A DNA stretch of 64,000 nt from Haliotis rufescens (Eukaryota), in assembly GCF_023055435.1 (NCBI RefSeq), contig NW_025964001.1:24800001-24864000 (forward strand), given 5' to 3'. This document shows positions 41,590 through 52,450 of this stretch, piece by piece. Within the stretch, counting starts at the first letter, position 1, and every line of letters starts with the position of its first letter. The notes under the pieces were generated by a model that did not search any database, was not told where the DNA came from, and was given only the letters and a program-made list of their open reading frames with translations. Both the position numbers and the translations under genes were made by a program.

Positions 41590-42423
41590 TCCAAAGGCGT
41601 TGACTACTTCAACCCTCGCACTCATTGCAGTGATTCTCTAGCCTTCATATGCTTAGGGACATGTTCCAATTGGTAAAGATAATTTTGGACTGTCGGGGTT
41701 GGTTGACATGAGGCGAGAAACGAGTTTGGCGAACCTTGATGACAGATTACTTTATTGACGTTTCTGAACACCAGAGAATCGATGTTCTCAACAGGAAAAG
41801 CCTAACCAGACAAACAATATTCACAAGAGTATAGTAGCCTTCGACTGTCAAAACAAATTAAGCCACAATAAAAGTTTGGCAATGCGATATTGGTTTCTTT
41901 ATTCCTCTTTAGTACCCGTCCTTACCTGTCTCATTTGTGAACACTTATGTAATTCCATCAAGCCGACCACGGAAAGAGGCGAGTAATGACGAACGTATCT
42001 ATGTAATATAAAACTAAAAGCAAAAACAATAGTATATAAGGCCGTGTGATTACTGCAAAATTGCCTCATTTTTACATTGCGGTGCATCTAAATATAATAG
42101 GTTCGGCTACCTTAAGTTATAAACAAATACAAATTTTACCTTTTCAAATATATTTCAGTATTGCATTTAACCTTTCTGGTGAAAATGGCCAATATCATTG
42201 TAATCCTGGCGCATCTGTTTTGGTCCGACATTGATGTTCTTCATGCTCTACAGCTGCTTCCAAACTGCATTGTTCAAATACAAATATGCTGTAACTATGA
42301 CAAACAAAAGGACAAACTATGTACAAAGCTCATATTCTGCCCTAAACGGAGTAAACACGCTACTTCCTGAAACATAATTATATACCAGACTGTTACATGA
42401 AGAGCTCCATAATGTGTATTAAA

Positions 42424-43900
42424 CCTAATGTGTACTCGCAAAGGGCTTCCGAATGTGCACTCAAGAAGGACTTCCTAATGTGTACTCAAGAAGGGCTTCC
42501 TAATGTGTACTCAAGAAGGGCTTCCTAATGTGTACTCAAGAAGGACTTCCTAATGTGTACTCAAGAAGGACTTCCTAATGTGTACTCAAGAAGGGCTTCC
42601 TATGTGTACTAAAAAGGGCTTCCTATGTGTACTCAAGAATGGCTTTTTAATGTATACTCAAAAAGGGCTTCCTAATGTATACTCAAGAAGGACTTTCTAA
42701 TGTATGCTCAAAAAGGGCTTCCTAATGTATACTCAAGAAGGGCTTCCTATTGTGTATTCAAGAAGGGCTTCCTCGTGTGTACTCAAAAAGGGCTTCCTAA
42801 CGTGTACTCAAAAAGGGCTTCCTAATCTGTACTCGAGAAGGGCTTCCTAATGTGTACTCAAAAAGGCTTCCTAATCTGTAATCAAGAAGGGCTTCCTAAT
42901 GTGTACTCCAAAAAGGCTTCCTAATGTGTACTCAAGAAGGGCTTCCTATTGTGTATTCGAGAACGGCTTCTTAATGTGTACTCAAAAAGGGCTTCCTAAT
43001 GTGTACTCAAGAAGAGCTTCCTATTGTGTACTCCAGAAGGGCTTCCTAATGTGTACTAAAGAAGGGCTTCCTAATGTGCACTCAAGAAGGACTTCCTAAT
43101 GTGTACTCAAGAAGGGCTTCCTATGTGTACTCAAGAATGGCTTTTTAATGTATACTCAAAAAGGGCCTCCTAATGTATACTTAAGAAGGACTTTCTAATG
43201 TATGCTCAAAAAGGGCTTCCTAATGTATACTCAAGAAGGGTTTCCTTTTGTGTATTCAAGAAGGGCTTCCTAATGTGTACTCAAAAAGGGCTTCCTAATC
43301 TGTACTGAATAAGGGCTTCCTAATGTGTACTCAAAAAGGGTTTCCTATGTATACTCATGAAGGGCTTCATATTGTGTATTCGAGAAGGGCTTCCTAATAT
43401 GTACTAAATAAGGGCTTCCTAATGTGTACTCAATAAGGGCTTCCTAATGTGTACTCAATAAGGGCTTCCTAATGTGTACTCAAAAAGGGCTTCCTAATCT
43501 GTACTCAAGAAGGGCTTCCTAATGTGTACTCAAAAAGGGCTTCCTAATCTGTACTCAAGAAGGGCTTCCTAATGTGTACTCAAAAAAGGCTTCCTTATGT
43601 GTACTCAAGAAGGGCTTTCTAATGTGAACTCAAAAAGGGCTTCCTAATGTGTACTCAAAAAGGGCTTCCTAATGTGTACTCAAGAAGGGCTTCCTATTGT
43701 GTATTCGAGAACGGCTTCCTAATGTGTACTCAAGAAGGGCTTCCTAATGTGTACTCAAGAAGGGCTTCCTAAAATAAAGTCAAGAAGGACTCCATAACGT
43801 GCACTCCAGAATGGCTCCATAATGTGTACGCAAGAATGGCTGTATAATGTGCACTCATGAAGGGCTTTATAGAGGGGAGGGGCTTCCTAATGTGTACAGG
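42424..43900. repeat. Minisatellite, 25-bp unit, about 55 copies
   Basis: gggcttcctaatgtgtactcaagaa. Confidence 0.97.
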
Positions 43901-45619
43901 TGATGGGCACCATAATGTGTTATCACGGAAAGATCCAGTGTTTTTTTTATTGTGTGTGCTCATAAAGGGGTTCGAAGGTTCTAAACCGTGTCAGAATCGT
44001 TAACGATACAACAATATACCCAACGTGTGTCAGTAAAATGTCAAGCTTACCAAGTAATCGGTGTGTATAAGTGTTTTTTCCCCATCATGAAAATATGTGT
44101 GAATAAAGGGACACAAATGAAAATGGATGGTAGAAATAACATAACACCGACACCTCTATAAAGCAATGTAAACGTTTTGATACGCCGACAGGGACAAAGT
44201 TCTTACACCTACAATGAAGTAACAAGCTTTCTGAATGACAGAGTTCTACTGAAACATTGATTGCTGGCGACAAGGAATAAGGTCTCATTAGAGTACGTAT
44301 ACATTACTTCCTTGGTGTGTGTAGTCCTAGGACATAGCTAGCTTGGTCTCATTGACCGGAGCTAATTGTTCGACAGAATGTGCAGCTGACTGTCGCCTCG
44401 CGGACATCCAAGACTGACCCCGTGAGAGGTGACTTGATTGACTGAGTGTCATCGTAACCGATTATTATTTGGTATATCAATTACTGGTTTGCCTTGCCCA
44501 TGCGTGATTGTTTACAGGAGGAATGCTGGAAACAACTAGGATAGTTCCGAGAAAAATTCGGAGTGCACATTCGTGTGTTTGAAGCAAACGTATAAGGATT
44601 AATAAGTGCAGCAGATATTGAAGTTGGATTCATCATCATGAGTACTGAGTGAGGTATTATATATGTATCTTTTCTCCGCGATACTTCATCACTCAATATA
44701 TATACACCTTACCGTACTTCGCATCAGCTAAGGAGCAAATTTCAAGTGTGTGAAAATTCCACGAACATTAACTCTACCGATAAGTTGGATGAGGTCTGGC
44801 GATTTGACAATGATTGACAAGAGTTGTGTCCCTTTCTTGCCAAATTCCATCTCACTTTTTAGTGGGCTGTTTTAAACTAGAATATACACGCCGGGGTCTC
44901 GATTTAGCCAGAATCATGCATATATAAGGTAGAGAATGAGCGAAATATGTCGTACGCCACTTTCAACATTAATCCCGTCAATACTTGGTGTCACAAATTG
45001 TGTTCATGTTGAGAATCGAACCTGGGTCTTCGACCGAACAAGCGACCGATTAAGCTGTTATGCCACCACACCTCTTGCGGGTATAACAGGAAACAATTTT
45101 TATTGTTCAATAGAAATATACGTTTTACGTATACTTATGAGGTTTTGAAATGGGGTTTGACGTCACATACAAGATCATTGCCCTTGTAAAGCGACGTGAC
45201 CTCTTGACTTCAAATATTAATAGACTCAAGTCAATATTTGGCATCTGAGATATTTGCTGGACTTGACAAGACACACATTCCTTCGTACAACACCATTGAT
45301 AATTTAACCTTACAAAAGCATCGTTCGGCCGTAAATGTCAGTACCCTCTTACATGACGGCTTTCTTTCGTCGTTCGTGGGGGGAGTAAGGCGGTTTCGTC
45401 TGAAGCAGAATTTCAGTTATATTTCAACGTGTTGGCTCTATAACAGCGGTCTTTAATAATTTCGTATGGACCAGACGAACCCGTGATCTTTATTATGAGC
45501 AACGTCCCACGCCGGAAATCAACAGAGTCACAGTCAAGGCCGATCCCCACGGGCGCCTTTTTACGACAAATATAGTTGACATAGATGTAGGTGTTATGGG
45601 CTGAAACTTAAAACATGAA

Positions 45620-46050
45620 GGTGAGTTGAGGTGAAAAGGGATTTATTGCAATTCTTTTTAGCCGTACGTTTGCATGCGTGCGTGCGTGCGTGTGTCTGCT
45701 TCTACTAATCCGGAGTTCTTATGGTACACGCCCACTAGAACGCCATGCCGCAGCTTTACATGGACACCCCACTCAGACACAGTTTCGACTAGTTTCACAT
45801 GACGTGGGCAGGGGGTCGAACCATGGACCTTCCCCATTCCGGGTGCACACTCTACCACTAGGCCGGGGCAGTAGGGTAGCCTAGTGGTTAAAGCGTTCCC
45901 ACGTCACGCCGAAGACCCAGGTTCGATTCGCCACCCGGGTACAATGTGTGAAGCCCATTTCTGGTGTCCCCCGCCGTCATATTGCTGGAATATTGCTAAA
46001 AGCGGCGTAAAACCAAACTCACTCACTCACCACTAGGCCATGGAGGCGGT
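45620..46050 (-). mobile_element. Older SINE family D copy, split by a nested SINE A
   Basis: ccccactcagacacagt...gtcgaacc..ggacctt...ctctaccactaggcc [insert] accactaggccatggaggcggt. Confidence 0.85.
45865..46028 (+). mobile_element. SINE family A nested in SINE D
   Basis: 11-bp TSD accactaggcc (45854-45864 and 46029-46039). Confidence 0.93.
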
Positions 46051-46192
46051 CTTTAGAATTATGAGAAGTATTGGTGACCAAGTGGCTTAAAAGGTTGCGA
46101 TTCGCCCAAACCACACTCATGCATAAAATGCCAAACACCTACATGTCCATCACTCCCTCGCACCTTATTTGAATACAAAACAAGGCATCATC

Positions 46193-48555
46193 TTCAAGCA
46201 TCAGAATCGTTATACCTGTGGAAACATCTTCTGACTATCGTTAGTTCGGACGGTACCATTCCCAGTATATGCCAGCCATGCGTCCTCAAATAGAATAAAT
46301 TTAAATCAGTGATAGTTACAGACCGATAATAAGCAATCCCCTTCTGAACATATTACCTCTAATAAAGACCCGTGAAGATCCGGGGTAGAAAAAAATCTTC
46401 AACAACCCTTGCTTGCGGTGAGAGACGACTATGCTTGTCATAAGAGGCGACTAACGGGATCGGGTGGTCAGGCTCGCTGACTTGGTTGATGCATCTCATC
46501 GTATCCTAAATGCGTGGATCGATGCTCATTATATTAATCACTGTAAACACTATTTTCAATTGTCGATGACCCGCTAAGCGTCAGTATGTTTATTTTCTTA
46601 CAGAAAGAGTTTATTGGACGATCGCTTTTTAATTGCTGTATCGGTATATGCTGTTCCCCGAGACCAAGACATTCCGCGAAGCGATCTTAGCACTGTGACT
46701 ATCTTACAGACTTAACGCTAAGTTTGTTTTGTGCATGTGGGCCCTGAAGATAGGCGGTTTGCATTGACATTTACAAACAGTATATACATTATGATTTACT
46801 TTTGATTTTTTTAATGACCGTCTACGTGGTGTAGTGGAAGGGCGTCTGCCCAAACAGCGGAAAGTCGTAAGCCAGACTTAGATTAAATGAGATCAGGCTT
46901 TCTTTACATGAGGATGACAGTGTGCATGGCTATCACGACCTCTAACGGTACAAGGGGGCACGGGTGGCCCAGTCGTCTAAGGCGCCGCGATTCGCTTTGC
47001 AGAGTTGCGTCCCTTGGGCACGCCAGAAACCTATGATTGTGGGTTCGAATCCCGGTTCGCCCCGATTATGTTTCTAGGTTTATCAGCACCAGACCCGTGC
47101 TCGTGGGTTTCACCAAAGTAGTAAACGTCTGAGACCTGCATCACTTGGGCTTTCCTCCCACATTAAGCTGACACGCGGGGATATAACTGGAATACTTTTA
47201 AAAGCGGCGTTAAACCCAACTCACTCACTCACTCACTAACGGTACATATGTACTTACGAAATAAACGACGCGTGTTAGTTGGCAGCCCCTCATGGTTTAT
47301 TCTCCATGCAGTCTTTTACCTCACGATAAACAACGACTTCGACTCGTTTCAAGCATCAGAATCGTTATACCTGTGGAAACATCTTCTGACTATCGTTAGT
47401 TCTGACGGTACCATTCCCAGTATATGCCAGCCATGCGTCCTCAAATAGAATAAATTAAAATCAGTGATAGTTATAGATCGATAATAAGCAATCCTGTTCT
47501 GACAGATTGCCTAATAAAGACCCGGGAAGATCCGGAAAATCTTCAACAACCCTTGCTTGCCGTGAGAGGCGACTATGCTTGTCATAAGAGGCGACTGACG
47601 GGATCGGGTGGTCAGGCTCGCTGACTTGGTTGATGCATATCATCGTATCCTAAATGCGTGGCTCGATGCTCATGCTATCAATCAGACCGCCGTCATATAG
47701 CTGGAATATTGCTGAGTGCGGCGTTAAACAAGAAAGCAAACAAGCAAACCTCTAAACCTCTAAACAGTTAGTTCGGACGGTACCATTCCAAGTATATGCC
47801 AGCCATGCGTCCTCGGATAGAATAAATTTAAAGCAGTGATAATTATAGATCGATAATAAGCAATCCTGTTCTGAACATATTACCTCTTAAAAAGACCCGT
47901 GAAGATCCGGGGTAGAAAAAATCTTCAACAACCCCTGCTTGCGGTGAGAGACGACTATGCTTGTCATAAGAGGCGACTAACGGGATCGGGTGGTCAGGCT
48001 TGGTTGATGCATGTCATCGTATCCTAAATGCGTGGATCGATGCTCATGATATCAATCACTGTAAACACTATTTTCAATTGTCGATGACCTGCGAAGCGTC
48101 AGTATGTTTATTTTCTTACAGAAAGAGTTTATTGGACGATCGCTTTTTAATTGCTGTATCGGTATATGCTGTTGCCCGAGACCAAGACATTCCGCGAAGC
48201 GATCTTAGCACTGTGACTATCTTACAGACTTAACGCTAAGTTTGTTTTGTGCATGTGGGCCCTGAAGATAGGTGGCTTTACATTGACATTTACAAACAGT
48301 ATATACATTATGATTTACTTTTGATTTTTTAATGACCGTCTACGTGGCATAGTGGAAGGGCGTCTGCCCAAACAGCGGAAAGTCGTAAGCCAAAGATTTA
48401 GATTAAATGAGATCAGGCATACTTTACATGAGGATGACAGTGTGCATGGCTATCACGACCTCTAACGGTACATATGTACTTACGAAACAAACGACGAGTG
48501 TGAGTTGGCAGCCCCCCATGGTCTATTCTCCCTGCAGTCGATAAACAACGACCAC
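46193..48555 (+). repeat. Recent local tandem triplication (units start near 46193, 47348 and 47767), each with a family C element
   Basis: gttagttc.gacggtaccattcc.agtatatgccagccatgcgtcctc occurs three times; 46544-46952 is nearly identical to 48062-48472. Confidence 0.92.
46954..47235 (+). mobile_element. SINE family B
   Basis: 11-bp TSD ctaacggtaca; empty paralogous site at 48462-48472. Confidence 0.95.
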
Positions 48556-48628
48556 GAGTCGTTTATTTCTTGTAAGAAATATCAACATTTTGTACAGCCT
48601 CTTTAAGGATGATGATGAAATGTACATA

Positions 48629-48950
48629 CCGTATTTGACGTAATAAGCGCCCCGTTCTAATAAGCGCCCACAGCGAGATTTGAGGATATATTGGCTAGTT
48701 AACAATCCCAATTAGTACCCCTTCCGACCCCTATTCGCATATAATACGCACTCGTGTGTTATATGCACCCTTATTATTGGCAATTAAATTCTGGCAACAT
48801 ATATCTGTCGTACATAAACATTTCAGGCTCTCAGCATAAACCACGAAATTTATCTTTCAACTCTGTTTTTTTCACCAAAATATTATTCTAATAACATACC
48901 CCCATTTCTAATTTTGAGAGCGCGCTGGGCGCTTATTACGTCGAATACGG
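48629..48950. mobile_element. MITE (Tc1/mariner-pogo type), 24-bp TIR, TA TSD
   Basis: ta|ccgtatttgacgtaataagcgccc ... gggcgcttattacgtcgaatacgg|ta. Confidence 0.87.
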
Positions 48951-49996
48951 TACTTAAAAAATATATGTACCCGTATTCTAATAAAGTTTTTTCACGATCA
49001 TTTGTTTTCTAACTTTGAACTGAAGTATATATCCGATCCGATTTTTACAGTAGTTACGGTATACGGTTATATAACTATCTAACCGACTTCTCGGACTCCT
49101 CTGTGGCCAGGTCTGCACATCAGTAATCATCATTGTTCCTGCTGTGTTGGGGGGCAGTTCAAACTTTCCATGAAGGATAAAAAACCTAATGAAATGAGAT
49201 ATACTTTACATACCCCAAATACGTACGATTTAGAATTATGAACATTTACATTTTCAAGAAATTCTTTTGTCAAGCGAATCCTACTTAGCAATGATTTTTA
49301 AAGCTGGTGGGACGGTTATGCTTTCGATTATGACAAGTTGAAAACTTTTGCAATCAACTCGTTTATCCACCTACAATGGAAATGACGTCATTTTCGACGT
49401 AAAATTAGAGATGTTATTGATAGCTTGAACTGTAAACCCCTGAAATCTTAACTCAAGTGTTAAGTCCAAACAAATCTAAGTAAGATGTCTAAGGACATTG
49501 AACTTTTGAACGGCTCCCTTATCAAGAATAGTCTGTTTGATCAGACTGGTTTCATACCACCGGTGCTATGACACAGCTATAGATAGCTAGAGGTTCCCAG
49601 TGCCACCGATCTGCTTGTATAAGAAAGACAAGACTCAGTCTGTACACTGGGCACATCATCTCTGTGGCGAGGAACTGACTGATTAAGGTAACTTCTTGCA
49701 TTGCAATAATTACAAATACTGAAATATGCATAAATTGAAAGTATAAATTGTAGCATGTTAAGTTTTTCAACAGGAGTTCTTGAAAAGAATTTTAGAATTT
49801 ATGTGAGACATGTATCCTGAAAGGAAATGACAACTGCATAATAATTTACCTGCAGATACTATTTTACTGTTTTATGAATTTATTCTTGTACCAATGTTTT
49901 GCGATGTTTTCGAGGTAGAGAATTCAAGTCGAATGTTTGCACTACAGTTGATAAATCGTCAACTAGAAACCTATCAGCGAACAGTAACCTGAATGA

Positions 49997-50157
49997 GTGA
50001 GTGAGTATGGTTTTACGCCGCTTTTAGCAATATGCCAGCAATATCACGGCGGGGGACACCAGAATGGGCTTCACACATTGTACCCATGTCGGGAATCAAA
50101 CCCGGGTCTTCGGCGTGACGAGCGAACATTTAAACCACTAGGCTACCCGACCGCCCC
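49997..50157 (-). mobile_element. SINE family A
   Basis: 14-bp TSD agtaacctgaatga. Confidence 0.93.
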
Positions 50158-51130
50158 AGTAACCTGAATGAAAGTGAATACGAGAGAAATATTTTTATCC
50201 ATTTTGCAATATTCCATCATTATCACGCTGGAGGCATCAGAACTAGGCTTTTTTTGCATTGTGGCCATATGAGATCGTACCTAGGGCTTTTCTTAACCGA
50301 CACACCTCAATAAAAATATAAGCTCACTACTGCGGATATGCAGTTAATGTCTGAGACCTTCATATAAGCGACGTTAAACCAAACTCTCTCACTCACTGAA
50401 TACAAACACATCATCATTAGAGTACTTCATATTCTGGAATAAACTGAAAATTGGATTTGACCTCAAAATTACAAAGGATATCAAAACGTTACTCGGCTGA
50501 AAACATTCGCCGAAACGACCCGTGAAGACCTGGCGTAGAATAAGAGGCGACTAACGGGAACGGGTGGTCAGGCTCGCTGACTTGGTTGGTGCATGTCATC
50601 GTATCCCACGTGTACTTTCGTTTGCCAGGCAGTTTATACAGCCTGATACTTTTCAACCAAACTCGCTCACTTTATCCCTGAATACAAACTTTTTTCAGCA
50701 TACACACCATACACCGCGTTAATACGGACGGTACCGTCCCCAGTGCGCCGTCCCGATTAACGGCTTTATGGATAAACGAATCATTGTTAGGGAGAACTGC
50801 ACCTTTGGATATTTCTAGACGTCCTCTGACACTAAACCCAGAGTACGGCGTCTCTGGACTAACGAGGTTTCAGTGTAATAGTTATCAATGATGGTTGTTT
50901 TGTTTATGTGTAATTCGTATAAACGCCACATGCTTTGCGGAAACTGGATTTCAAATGCAGTGTAGGTTTTTCGTTCGTTGGAGCAAGACACACTTCACCT
51001 TTCGTTGTCGTAGAACACTATTTGTGGACTTTATAAATGTAAACTAGGTACTTTCCATTTTCGTGGTCGTTATGTAACGCGCATAGTTAAATGATTATCA
51101 TAAAGAGAATCCCCATCTATTTCACAAGAG

Positions 51131-51296
51131 AGGCGGGTTGGTGGGGTAGCCTAGTGGTTAAAGCGTTCGCTCGTCACGCCGAAGACCCGGGTTCGATCCT
51201 ACACATTGGTACAATGTGTGAAGCCCATACCTGGTGTCCCCCGTCGTGATATTGCTGGAACATTGCTAAAACGGCGTAAAACCATATTCACTCGCC
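51131..51296 (+). mobile_element. SINE family A
   Basis: TSD cacaagag. Confidence 0.9.
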
Positions 51297-51419
51297 CACA
51301 AGAGTCACGTTTAGTTCCCCATTATTTATATATGTGGAGTTAGTACAGAGGGTAGACACTTTATCGTCGTCTCCCACTGTGTAACAGATGGATATACATG
51401 TAGGCTACATATGTTGATG

Positions 51420-51605
51420 GTTTGTGTAGAGCCGCACTCAGCAATATTCCAGCTGTATCAAGGCGGTTTGACATTACAAACCAGTAATTGCTATTGTGAG
51501 CAACGATGCTCGCCGTCGGGATACGATGACCAAAATCGCCATTTAGTTGCCTCTTAGGCCAGCATAGGTTACTGAAGACTAATTCTGACCAGACATCCAC
51601 ACAGG
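51420..51605 (-). mobile_element. Degenerate family C copy
   Basis: gccgcactcagcaatattccagct...gggatacgatgac...ttagttgcctctta. Confidence 0.7.
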
Positions 51606-51723
51606 GTATATGCATTCATAAAATAACTGATTTCACATGGATGCTTCAACCTTACAACTCCAACAAAATTAATTTTCTGAGGGTATCGCCTGTACTAAAA
51701 ATACCTCTTTTACAGACAGAAAG

Positions 51724-52450
51724 ATGAACAGCGCACAGGATCCGGTCGTCGGCATCCCGAAGACAAACATTTACAAGTTCTTCATGCGCTCTCGTTCAGT
51801 TTTCGAAGACAAGGCAGGAGACGAGAAGAACAGCCCAGAGGATGAGGATGAAGAAGAAACTCAGTGTGGCATCGGTTCCTGTAAACCCCAGGCTTGTCGG
51901 CCTTGTGGAAACCTCATAGCATTCACGTGTACCTACAGTGTCGTAGGCATCCTTCTGCAGACGCTCACAACATTTCTGTCGTCACAGATCACGACTCTGG
52001 AGAAACAATTCAACTTCAGCAGCACCATCAGCGGGATGCTCCTCAGCAGTAACGACATCGGTTACCTCACCGCAGTCCTATTTTTCAGTCATTTTGGCAA
52101 ACATGGCCACATACCAAGGATCCTTGGCGCAACTGGAATGCTGTTTGGCTTTGCCGGAATGTTTACATGCTTGGCAAATTTCATCCATCCCGCCCATCTT
52201 CCGGAAGAGATACTGAATGCGACCAATGATTATGAGATCCAGTTTGTGTGTAGGGAGAGTAATACGACAATTAGCAGTTCAGCTGCTCATGAACAGGCTA
52301 CGTACGACTCGGGCCGATCGACCTTGGCGTTGTGGGTTATTGGAATTGGTATGGCATTGCAAGGTGTTGCCAAAACCACTCGCACCCCACTAGCTAGTTT
52401 CTACCTTGATAACAACGTGGTGAACAGGGCACATACCTCTATTTATATAG
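51724..52450 (+). CDS. SLCO: SLCO coding exon 1
   Basis: Acceptor ttttacag at 51715 just before the ATG implies an upstream non-coding exon; MNSAQ...HTSIYIG; donor G|gtaagc. Confidence 0.92.

Noticed and set aside
4475-43900. Regular arrays as possible CRISPR
   Set aside because: Head-to-tail repeats with no unique spacers, no cas genes, and a eukaryotic context
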